Positions 19,941-28,726 of a stretch of DNA of 64,000 nucleotides are shown in pieces (position 1 is the stretch's first letter; every line of letters begins with the position of its first letter). The notes under the pieces are model-generated. The model saw nothing but the letters and a program-made list of their open reading frames with translations. It did not search any database and had not been told where the DNA came from. A program made the translations under genes and the position numbers. The stretch comes from Candidatus Gottesmanbacteria bacterium (lineage in GTDB: Bacteria; Patescibacteriota; Microgenomatia; UBA10105; UBA927), in the NCBI GenBank assembly GCA_963714095.1, contig OY970230.1, positions 198,206-262,205 on the forward strand, in the 5' to 3' direction.

Positions 19941-20910
19941 GATGATTTTTATGCCATTTCCAGGCAGATGAAACGATAGTTTCTATATCTGAGTATTTTG
20001 GCCGCCAGCCGAATTCTTTCTTAAAATGTGTGGAGTCTGCAACGAGACTGTGCGGATCACCCGCCCGCCGCGGTGCCTCCCGCACGGCAAAATCTACCCC
20101 GGTCACCTTTTTAACCTCCGCGACAACTTCCTTATTTGTCATCCCATCCCCTGTTGCGAGGTTATATACGTCGGTTTTATGACCATGAGTTAATGCGTCC
20201 AGCGCCAATAAATGCGCCTCCGCAAGGTCCTCAATATGAATGTAGTCCCGCAGACACGACCCGTCGCGCGTCGGATAATCAGTTCCATACAGCAAAAATT
20301 CTTTCTGCTTTCCCATAGCCACACGGATCGCAACCGGAATAATATGTGTTTCAGGGAGATGATCTTCGCCGTTATCACCGCCCAGCGCTGCACCGCATGC
20401 ATTAAAATACCGGAGACTGATACTTCTTATATGATGCTGATAATCCGTCACGCGTAATAGCTCCTCGAAACACCATTTCGACAGCCCGTACGGGCTCGTG
20501 GGATTTTTTGCATGACTCTCCGGTATCGGAATAATTGTCGGATTTCCGTAGACGGCGGCAGTGGAAGAAAAAATAATTGTATCAACCCCATGCTCCTGCA
20601 TCACAGCGAGGAGTGTCATGGGCGCAATAATATTATTTTTCATGTATTTAATAGGATCCCGGACGGATTCTTCCACCATGAGGTATCCGGCAAAATGGAT
20701 GACTGCTTCAATCGAATATTTTGAAAAAATCGGCTCGAGCGTTGCTTTATCTTTAATATTACCCACGATAAGAGGCACCGTGGCCGGTAACGCCTGCCTG
20801 TGGCCGTATTCGAGGGAATCCACGACGATCGGGTGGTAGCCCCGCGCAACAAGCATCCGCACCATATTGCTTCCGATATAGCCGGCGCCTCCGGTAACAA
20901 GCACGTTCAT
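19900..20910 (-). CDS. galE: UDP-glucose 4-epimerase
   Basis: MNVLVTGGAGYIGSNMVRML Rossmann motif and YGLSKWCFE catalytic YxxxK. Length 336 aa, typical of GalE. Confidence 0.8.
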   Translation of the reverse strand: MNVLVTGGAGYIGSNMVRMLVARGYHPIVVDSLEYGHRQALPATVPLIVGNIKDKATLEPIFSKYSIEAVIHFAGYLMVEESVRDPIKYMKNNIIAPMTLLAVMQEHGVDTIIFSSTAAVYGNPTIIPIPESHAKNPTSPYGLSKWCFEELLRVTDYQHHIRSISLRYFNACGAALGGDNGEDHLPETHIIPVAIRVAMGKQKEFLLYGTDYPTRDGSCLRDYIHIEDLAEAHLLALDALTHGHKTDVYNLATGDGMTNKEVVAEVKKVTGVDFAVREAPRRAGDPHSLVADSTHFKKEFGWRPKYSDIETIVSSAWKWHKNHRDGYSPDPYAKKE

Positions 20911-20914
20911 TCCT

Positions 20915-21136
20915 CTATTTTACTTTATTGGGCCGCAGGAGGGAAATCAGAAGGAAAGAGAGCGTGAACGCAGCACCATACCAAGTCAGACGCTCGGCGG
21001 TAAAAAAAGTCCACGTAGCAAATAACGGAATCGCCAAAACCCAGCTTGCGAGGCCGGCAAACAGAAATAACCGGGGCTTTCTAATTAAAAGTAATACGAC
21101 AAATACCAGAAAAAATCCTATATCCTGCGGCTTCAT
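20915..21136 (-). CDS. small two-helix membrane protein (hypothetical)
   Basis: 73 aa, two hydrophobic segments. 4-nt coupling overlap with the downstream UXS gene. No recognisable motif. Confidence 0.3.
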   Translation of the reverse strand: MKPQDIGFFLVFVVLLLIRKPRLFLFAGLASWVLAIPLFATWTFFTAERLTWYGAAFTLSFLLISLLRPNKVK

Positions 21137-22077
21137 TGTTTGTAATATGCAATCGTTTTATGTAACCCATCTTCGACGGTCACCTTTGGCGTCCATTGTA
21201 AACGGGTTTTTATCTTTGTTATATCCGGCTTACGCTGGGTCGGATCATCCTCCGGCAATGCTTCAAAAGTAATGGGGGACGCCGATCCTGTCAGCACCTT
21301 AATTTTTTGAGCAAGATCTTTAACCGTGTACTCTTCCGGATTTCCCAGATTAAATACTTCACCTTTGAGGTTGTCGGCGAGCATAACCGCCAGAATTCCG
21401 GATACGAGATCCGAAACGTAACAAAATGACCGGGTCTGTGAACCGCTCCCAAATACCGTCAACGGTTTTTCTTCAAGGGCCTGGTTAATAAAATTTGAAA
21501 CCACACGACCATCATCTTTGCGCATCCTCGGGCCGTAGGTGTTGAATATGCGGATAATACGGGCATCAAGGCCGTATTTCCGAACATAAACCATTGTGAT
21601 TGCCTCTGCAAACCGCTTGGATTCATCGTAACATGCGCGGACTCCGTTAGGATTCACGTTCCCCCAATACAATTCTGTCTGCGGATGCTCCTTTGGATCC
21701 CCGTATACTTCCGATGTGGATGCCTCTAAATATCGTGATGTATGATCCCGCGCAAACTGCAACATATGAATGGTCCCAACTGAGTTGACCAACGCAATTT
21801 CCTCGGAGAGTTTTTTAAAATCCATCGGCGAAGCCGGAGACGCAAGGTTAAAGACGTAATCAATGTGTCCTAGAATATCGGGAGCTGACTCGATAATATC
21901 GTGGCGCAAAAACGAGAAATTTGAGTTTTGTTTCGCCGATTCAATATTTTTTTCAGATCCTGTCAGAAGATTATCTATGCACAATACTTTGTGCCCGAGT
22001 CCCAGTAACGCATCACAAAGGTGCGATCCGATAAATCCTGCCCCGCCGCTAACTACGCTGGTTTTTTGATCTGTCAT
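21133..22077 (-). CDS. UDP-glucuronate decarboxylase (UDP-xylose synthase)
   Basis: Strong UXS family pattern: SGGAGFIGSHLCDALLGLGHKVLCIDNLLTGSEKNI, ASTSEVYGDP, RACYDESKR, RIFNTYGPRM and DGRVVSNFINQAL. Start trimmed to MTDQKTS. Confidence 0.85.
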   Translation of the reverse strand: MTDQKTSVVSGGAGFIGSHLCDALLGLGHKVLCIDNLLTGSEKNIESAKQNSNFSFLRHDIIESAPDILGHIDYVFNLASPASPMDFKKLSEEIALVNSVGTIHMLQFARDHTSRYLEASTSEVYGDPKEHPQTELYWGNVNPNGVRACYDESKRFAEAITMVYVRKYGLDARIIRIFNTYGPRMRKDDGRVVSNFINQALEEKPLTVFGSGSQTRSFCYVSDLVSGILAVMLADNLKGEVFNLGNPEEYTVKDLAQKIKVLTGSASPITFEALPEDDPTQRKPDITKIKTRLQWTPKVTVEDGLHKTIAYYKQ

Positions 22078-22081
22078 GCAT

Positions 22082-22792
22082 CTATTGTAGCATACGGATA
22101 CGGATGGCTCCTGCAAGCGACCGCAGGAGTTCTTTCACGTTTGCATTGGAAGCTCCATGTGTTCTGTCCCGGAAACTTATGGGGACTTCCGTTATTCGAA
22201 AACTGTTCTGCTTCAGTTTATATGCTATTTCCGACAGTACGATAAACCCGGTTTCATGAAGGTGCACGCGCACCAAAAATTCCGCTGCTTTTCGGGAGTA
22301 TAATCGGAAACCGTTGGTATAATCCGTTAAGTGCAACCCAAGCCATATGCTTAACAAGGCGTTAATTACTCTGCTTTGAATAAGTCGACGCCACGGCCAT
22401 TTTACAATATGGCTCTGTTTAAGATACCGCGAACCGATAACCAAATCTGCCCCGCGGCGTACGGCTAAAAACCGTCCGAACTCTGCCGGTGAATGCGCTA
22501 GATCTGCATCCATCTCAAAACAATATTGTATTTCCTTATGTTTGAGGGCTTCAGCTAATCCCCGAATGACGGCACTCCCTCTGCCCATTTTGTGCTCGCG
22601 GGAAATAAGAACCACGTTGGGAAAATCCCTTTGAAGCATTCCTGACAGTTGTATTACTTCGTTGGCAGGAGAGTCATCAACAACCACGATCAGAGCATCC
22701 GGGAGGTATTTTTCTATATCTTTTAATAAAATACTTAAATTTTTTTGTTCGTTATACGCCGGAATAATGACTGAAATACCTTGATTATTCAT
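22082..22792 (-). CDS. GT2 polyprenol-phosphate glycosyltransferase (DPM1/Ppm1/ArnC-like)
   Basis: ISVIIPAYNEQKNLSILL ... VVVDDSPANEV ... EMDADLAHSP pattern of dolichyl/polyprenyl-phosphate sugar synthases. 236 aa. Confidence 0.7.
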   Translation of the reverse strand: MNNQGISVIIPAYNEQKNLSILLKDIEKYLPDALIVVVDDSPANEVIQLSGMLQRDFPNVVLISREHKMGRGSAVIRGLAEALKHKEIQYCFEMDADLAHSPAEFGRFLAVRRGADLVIGSRYLKQSHIVKWPWRRLIQSRVINALLSIWLGLHLTDYTNGFRLYSRKAAEFLVRVHLHETGFIVLSEIAYKLKQNSFRITEVPISFRDRTHGASNANVKELLRSLAGAIRIRMLQ

Positions 22793-22813
22793 ATAAGTAT
22801 TTAATATTCACGG

Positions 22814-25096
22814 CTAATTTTTTTCAAATATTGCTATTTGTGCGTTATCGAATATCTTTGTCAGGTGTAACGACGTAATTTCATAATCGGAAATATCAGA
22901 GCCCAGATATCTGGGGATAACAATAAGTTTACTGTCGTAATCTGATATCTTAAGAACGTTATCTTCCGGTCTCATAACCATTTCCCACTTTTTGCCGGTT
23001 ATCGTTTGTCCTATACGGTAGTCAGTATATACAATCGGTTTTACTGCTTTATATATCGGCAGTATCGAATTATCTACCTGCTCTACATACAACACGCTCT
23101 TTTTTTGATTTTTAATAATTTGCAGCGCATGTATTTCATACGTTGTAAGGGCATACTTGCTCCTTGAATAAACAACAGTTACTGCAAGAGACAACAGAAT
23201 GAGGGGAGGGATAATACTGCATAACACTAACATATTCCTCGTTTTGTACTTCCGGAATATAACGATAGCAATCGTAACCAGCACAATTGCAAGAACAGCG
23301 AGGGATGCAAATACAGCCCCGTATGTTGTTTTATCGAGAGGAAAATACGGAACATGCATATACAGAAATACCATCAGCGCATAATAGGCCCAATACAGAT
23401 ATTTCTTTACCTTTCCTGAAGGTCTAACGATGAATACATAATGAAGGACAAACAGGATAAAAAACGGCAGAACTTTACTGACGTACACGGTGGTTAAAAC
23501 GGGAAAAAGATGTAAAGAAAAAAGAATGATAAGTGGTATTGTCTCTTTTTTGTCAAAAAGAAAGGTTACATTTTGTACTAAAAACGGAAACGCAATAAGG
23601 AGCGGAAGGAGTAATAATAAAAACTCATTCACTGATGTCCGGATATTTTTTCTGATGCAACAGATGACGGCGAAATAGAGAATGTAGAGGACACAGAGAA
23701 TCTGAAATGGGCTCATTCCCGGTTTTTCCTGATCAAACGAGAAACTTTTTCCGCCGCGACTCTCAGGGTACACCTGTACTCCCGTCGGAGTAAAATATGC
23801 AACTTTATCGTTTCCTGCATACAGCTCTACATCGTTTCCTTTTTCCTTCGTCGTAAGCTGGTCGCTCGTTTTTCTGATGAAAATACCCTGATCGGGAAAG
23901 GTCATTGAATCAATAATTTCCTGCTCATTTATTCTTAAGGTTGGCTGACTGTTCGGAAGGATATCGAAATCCTCCGGAATCTTATCTGCGTAATTCCTTA
24001 GATCAACGAAAGAAACAACGCCGTTTATTTTCTGCACCGTCGCCCGGTAGTTTTCCGACATATACCAGAATGACTGATTGTTTGAGTCGTAATCCGTTGA
24101 GAGAAAATGGGTTCTGCCTGCAAATACTTTCTTCTGCGCCAAAAACCGCTGGGCGTACTCCTGTGCCGGCACTATATCTACTTTGCCGGATGCCTGTATT
24201 TCCCTGGCTTTGGTGAGCATCGTTTTATACGATTGCTGAAATGTTTCGAGTGTTTCTCCGTTCTCCAGTCCCATCACGAAATTGCCGAATGGTTTCTGCA
24301 AAAAAATCGAGGCAAGGTAGTCGACGTACTCCGGTGTATATCCTCTCGCCGAATAATCCTGCAGACTATACAAAGGATCTGCATACCCTTTAAGGGGATC
24401 CCGTATCGCCCACTGCAGAATTACCACCTTTGTGCTTTCGGCAAACGATGCTGCCGGTATTCCCTCATTCCCTTTTGAAGGAAGATACGGAATATCCCAC
24501 GGAGTCCCCCAAATGGAATACGTATCCAAATTAAATTGGTCTGCCGCCCTCAGAGCTGCGGTGATCCCGTATTTTTCCTGCATATAAGAAAGCGAGTCTC
24601 CGCCGATCCACCAGGCGCCGACTGTCTTGGGATAATATCCGAAAATTTCCTTAAATTTAAAAAAGGCCGCGTCTATCAACTTTCGTCTTTCGCTCTGATC
24701 ATAGGAGCTTAATAATAATCCGTCGGAAAAGTACCATTCCCCCTGTCCCCGAAACTGAACGTTGGATTTCTGGGCATAATTCCTGTCAATCTCAAACAGC
24801 AATCCGAATTCCTGGCCCTTCATTTCCTGTTTGGCAAATTCGGTCATGTCTTTATTCTCCAAAGCTCCATATTGAAACAGCCACGTCGCATAAACACCGA
24901 CCTCACTCGTAACCTGCCACTGAGCTTTCAGGCTGGCAAGCAAATCATCAGACGCGTGTCCGAGTCCGTTCCCCCGGACAAGATTGATGACGGTAATTGC
25001 GGGACGTGAGGCACTATCCTGAGCTTCGGAATGACACGGGAAGCAGAAAAAGAAAACAATGATTAAAAAAGTAAACAGAACAATTCTTTTTATCAC
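22814..25096 (-). CDS. membrane protein: signal peptide, large extracytoplasmic domain, C-terminal multi-TM domain (hypothetical)
   Basis: N-term LFTFLIIVFFFCFPCHSEAQD signal-like segment. About 450 aa soluble region. Then about 9 hydrophobic helices in the last 280 aa. Confidence 0.4.
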   Translation of the reverse strand: MIKRIVLFTFLIIVFFFCFPCHSEAQDSASRPAITVINLVRGNGLGHASDDLLASLKAQWQVTSEVGVYATWLFQYGALENKDMTEFAKQEMKGQEFGLLFEIDRNYAQKSNVQFRGQGEWYFSDGLLLSSYDQSERRKLIDAAFFKFKEIFGYYPKTVGAWWIGGDSLSYMQEKYGITAALRAADQFNLDTYSIWGTPWDIPYLPSKGNEGIPAASFAESTKVVILQWAIRDPLKGYADPLYSLQDYSARGYTPEYVDYLASIFLQKPFGNFVMGLENGETLETFQQSYKTMLTKAREIQASGKVDIVPAQEYAQRFLAQKKVFAGRTHFLSTDYDSNNQSFWYMSENYRATVQKINGVVSFVDLRNYADKIPEDFDILPNSQPTLRINEQEIIDSMTFPDQGIFIRKTSDQLTTKEKGNDVELYAGNDKVAYFTPTGVQVYPESRGGKSFSFDQEKPGMSPFQILCVLYILYFAVICCIRKNIRTSVNEFLLLLLPLLIAFPFLVQNVTFLFDKKETIPLIILFSLHLFPVLTTVYVSKVLPFFILFVLHYVFIVRPSGKVKKYLYWAYYALMVFLYMHVPYFPLDKTTYGAVFASLAVLAIVLVTIAIVIFRKYKTRNMLVLCSIIPPLILLSLAVTVVYSRSKYALTTYEIHALQIIKNQKKSVLYVEQVDNSILPIYKAVKPIVYTDYRIGQTITGKKWEMVMRPEDNVLKISDYDSKLIVIPRYLGSDISDYEITSLHLTKIFDNAQIAIFEKN

Positions 25097-25120
25097 AATG
25101 AATTATTTTAAAACATACCC

Positions 25121-26980
25121 TTATTTCGCATCTATACGAAGTATCAGGTATTTCGTGTCTTCATAGACTGTTTCGTATGTTGCGGTAAGCAATTTTTCGT
25201 CAACGGCATACGGAAAATCGTTTTTCTTCCATCTCGGAATAAGGATATATGAGATATTACTTGCTTTGGCAGCCGAGATATCACCCTGGTACACCCTAGA
25301 AACAACAGGCGACCGGTCTACCCAGCCGACATTCCCGTAAAAACCGAAATAATTGGTCCTCCCTGCTAAAACTACCGGGTCTATGATGTCCGAATATGAC
25401 ACAAAAATCGCGTCTCGTTGTGTGTTTTTTTTAATCCAGGAAATAACCGCGGCTGTATCCTTATCTACCAGCGGATACGCGAACTCATTCTTTACGACCA
25501 TAAGGTCGATAGCACCTGATACCGTAAGGGTAAATAAAAGAGCGAGTGCAAGCAGTCTAAATCCGACTCTTTTCCGCCGCAAAAGCCAAACAATTCCGCA
25601 TGCGGCACTGATATTGACACCGATGATGAGAACTGACAGAAATTTCTGGTCAAATCCATGCTTCCCGTACGCCGCATACAGGCATAGAGCAGCAAAAAAC
25701 AGAAAGAACGGAGCGATGACACCTCTTCGTTGTTTAGGAATTACGAAAAAACCCGCAACTGCAACGAACGGCAATATGCCGAGATTTTCCCACAAATACT
25801 GAAAAATGTTCCATTGCGGTAACCGGCCCGTTCCCTGTAATGATAACCCCAGTGACCATACGCTTTTCCATACGGAAACAAACGGCAAAACTGACATCAC
25901 AACCGTTCCTAGTGCGCACACGGAAAACGTAACCGACTCACGCCATCGTCTCCTCAAAAGCATAAGAAGAACAATGATTGCTCCGACAAGTGCACTGACA
26001 GGTATGTTCCAAAAAAACATACCGCCGGTTAATACACCCAATACGGCGCCGTTGAAATTCGTTAACCGTTTATCATCGGACAGCTTGAGGAGACACATAA
26101 TCAGGAAAAGCCCGAGCGCAATACTAAAAGCCAGATGCCGCTGATTCACATAATTATTGAGCGTCATAAAAACGGAAATAACGGATCCGTCATACGGTCC
26201 GGCAAACGGGTACGCGGGAAGTCTCCAGGTGGTATGAAAAAATGCAAAGTTAAAACCTTTTTGGGGTATGAAATACCAAAACGTCAGCGTACTGTGCGTA
26301 ATTGTCAACAATACCGCAACCCATCCGGCGAGTTTCGTTTGTTTCAGAAATACTTGCGGCAAAAAATAAACAATTATGAGAAGTGACGCAAATGAAACTA
26401 TGCTGGGAATATTCATAGCCCATACGATCGGAACACCGAAATATTCCCAGAGAGCGACGAAAAAATAGAAAAGGAAATGATAAAAAAATGGCAGTCCAGA
26501 CTGAAACGGAGACATAAACGGAATATTATTTCCCCATGAAAATGACCGCACGATCCCGAGTGAATGCCCGAAATCAAACACGTTATTACTTCCGACAAAT
26601 AATGTTCCGCCTGTTCCTGCACGAAACGTTTTCATCATCAGCCACGAACTGAAAAGAACTGAAAAAAGGACGATAAGTACGTCACCAAATGTCAGGACAG
26701 ACGTTGAATTCGATTTTTTTATTTTCACAAAACGGCTTAAGATGAATACTACTGCGATAAAGAGAACCGTGCTCCAAAGAATCGATTCTCCGGTTTGCCT
26801 CAGTAAACTTGCCAATATATAGGTTGTCGGTACTCCGATACCGATGCCGACTATCATGGAACCGACAAACGCAAGCAATACAGGCATTCCGGAAAACCAT
26901 TTTTTTACGACGATCGAACCCAAAAACGTTAATGAAATAATGTAGAGAGCAAGAATGAGCAAATGGATACCCTGTTGCAT
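25121..26980 (-). CDS. polytopic membrane protein with C-terminal soluble domain (GT-C-like candidate)
   Basis: About 14 hydrophobic helices followed by an ~130-aa hydrophilic C-terminus. Confidence 0.35.
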   Translation of the reverse strand: MQQGIHLLILALYIISLTFLGSIVVKKWFSGMPVLLAFVGSMIVGIGIGVPTTYILASLLRQTGESILWSTVLFIAVVFILSRFVKIKKSNSTSVLTFGDVLIVLFSVLFSSWLMMKTFRAGTGGTLFVGSNNVFDFGHSLGIVRSFSWGNNIPFMSPFQSGLPFFYHFLFYFFVALWEYFGVPIVWAMNIPSIVSFASLLIIVYFLPQVFLKQTKLAGWVAVLLTITHSTLTFWYFIPQKGFNFAFFHTTWRLPAYPFAGPYDGSVISVFMTLNNYVNQRHLAFSIALGLFLIMCLLKLSDDKRLTNFNGAVLGVLTGGMFFWNIPVSALVGAIIVLLMLLRRRWRESVTFSVCALGTVVMSVLPFVSVWKSVWSLGLSLQGTGRLPQWNIFQYLWENLGILPFVAVAGFFVIPKQRRGVIAPFFLFFAALCLYAAYGKHGFDQKFLSVLIIGVNISAACGIVWLLRRKRVGFRLLALALLFTLTVSGAIDLMVVKNEFAYPLVDKDTAAVISWIKKNTQRDAIFVSYSDIIDPVVLAGRTNYFGFYGNVGWVDRSPVVSRVYQGDISAAKASNISYILIPRWKKNDFPYAVDEKLLTATYETVYEDTKYLILRIDAK

Positions 26981-26983
26981 ATG

Positions 26984-28726
26984 TTATTTCCGGCGTTTCA
27001 GTATAAGTATTACTGCTGAACTGACGAGCGTAATACTACTGATTCCGACACCTATATTTGCCAGTATTTGTTGTCTGGCGACGATCGGAGGAATTGTACT
27101 AATCATAGTAAACTGAGTATTTTTAAAAACCGCTACACCGGTAAAATCAGTGTCCTCAATAAGTGTCGTATTTTTAAGAGCATCTATTAGGAGGCTGCGT
27201 TCGTCGGGATTAAAACGGTAATCCGTAAGGAAAAACTGCTTCGTGAGATCAGTCGGCACGATCACATATCCGACTCCTGAATCTGCCAGACTCTTCATAA
27301 ATTCAGGCGTTTTAATCATGGCGATAACGGCAGATATTGAAGCGCCATTAAACAGTTCATTGGATGTCAGCAATGGGTGAACCTCTGACGTATATGCAAA
27401 CGGGTCGTTTTGAGGTATCCATAACGTGCGCGATGGTTTTGCATCCCCGACCAGTACATCTTTCAGGCGGACGTAATCGGCGGAAATTCGCGGTGGCAGG
27501 AAATTGCCCCGCATTTGGCCTAAAAAAACCGGCCGGATGGTAAAACACCAATACAACAGAAAGATGGTCCATATAAGTATTTCATTTATATGAATTTTTT
27601 CCGTGAGCCGCTGAAGTGTATACGGGATTAAAACGGAATATCCAAGAGCAGTAAAAACATATACTTTCGTGGGATCGCGGAACATGACAAATCCGGGTAT
27701 ATGGATAAACATCCACTGAAAAATTTCTCCGAACGGATCATTGACGCCTTTTGCAAGAAACACACCCAGAAGCGCGAGCACACCGAAAAAAAATATTTTT
27801 CTTGACCGATCCGCGGCTTTTTTTTCAACGAACAAAAACGCGCAAAATGCCAGGAGAGGCAAAATGAGAAATTCCGGCTGCAGGAAATAGACTTTTCCGA
27901 ATAAATTTTCCGGCCAATTCGGATGAAGAAGTGAAAGCGCATGGGAAAAATCCGCAGAGCTTAAAAATTTGAGCATGCCGGGACTCGTAAATTGATCTCC
28001 GAGTGATTGTATCCCACCTCCGCCAAACACCGTCGGCAAAATCCAAAAAGCGTGCGAACAAAGTCCGATGATGCCGGGGACAATAAACGTCGAAATAATT
28101 ATCGTGCCGATATATTTACTTCCGTACAGATACCAATGGAGAAAAAAATATAAACCTATAGCGATAACTGCAAGATATGCCAATCGTATATCGAGTACTA
28201 TTAACAACGCAAAATATAAACCGTTTCCAATAGACGTTCGTATATTCTGTTGTACGGGGGTATCAATACCCTCCGTAAACTTCAGAAACACCAAGGGCAG
28301 AAATGCAAATGCCCAGGCAACACCCAACTGACCTCCGCTGAAAAGAAGGAGAAAATATGTATTTGTGGTATAAATTACGGAACCCAACACGGCAAACAAG
28401 GGTCTATTAACACATCTTCTGACCAGCCGATATGATGAATACACTGCCAGAACAAAAGCGATGATCCAAAATAGTTTGTCTATGAAAAACCATGAAAATC
28501 CGAGCAGTGATAGTATTTTCAACACGAAACGGTACGGATATTCAAGCCACAAACGGGGCAACAGACTTTGCCCGAAACCTTTTGTCGTATCCCAAACGGG
28601 CGGCAACCATGAAAACTGCCGGATTTGTTCTTCAAACAAAAACGGCGCATCACCGGAAGCAAAAAATATCATACGCGATGAATCCTTTGTTGATCTTTTC
28701 GCACTGTCAGAATAATAGCAACGCAA
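26984..28726 (-). CDS. polytopic membrane protein, paralog of 28669..31629
   Basis: Shares the motif HIPGFVMFRDPTKVYVFTAL with HVPGFAIFRSSFYKFAPLV in the next protein. Multi-TM. Confidence 0.4.
   Translation of the reverse strand: MRCYYSDSAKRSTKDSSRMIFFASGDAPFLFEEQIRQFSWLPPVWDTTKGFGQSLLPRLWLEYPYRFVLKILSLLGFSWFFIDKLFWIIAFVLAVYSSYRLVRRCVNRPLFAVLGSVIYTTNTYFLLLFSGGQLGVAWAFAFLPLVFLKFTEGIDTPVQQNIRTSIGNGLYFALLIVLDIRLAYLAVIAIGLYFFLHWYLYGSKYIGTIIISTFIVPGIIGLCSHAFWILPTVFGGGGIQSLGDQFTSPGMLKFLSSADFSHALSLLHPNWPENLFGKVYFLQPEFLILPLLAFCAFLFVEKKAADRSRKIFFFGVLALLGVFLAKGVNDPFGEIFQWMFIHIPGFVMFRDPTKVYVFTALGYSVLIPYTLQRLTEKIHINEILIWTIFLLYWCFTIRPVFLGQMRGNFLPPRISADYVRLKDVLVGDAKPSRTLWIPQNDPFAYTSEVHPLLTSNELFNGASISAVIAMIKTPEFMKSLADSGVGYVIVPTDLTKQFFLTDYRFNPDERSLLIDALKNTTLIEDTDFTGVAVFKNTQFTMISTIPPIVARQQILANIGVGISSITLVSSAVILILKRRK

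Noticed and set aside
22077-22116. N-terminal extension MQEPSVSVCYNRC of the UXS ORF, and similar leaders on 16075..16695 and 61036..62169
   Set aside because: Conserved family N-termini start at internal ATGs that also create ATGA coupling overlaps with upstream genes. The extensions are likely ORF-finder artefacts.
23199-26144. Antisense ORFs (e.g. 24107..24478, 25353..25802, 25806..26144) within large membrane-protein genes
   Set aside because: They lie opposite long ORFs with coherent multi-helix hydrophobic periodicity. Their translations are low-complexity and lack motifs.
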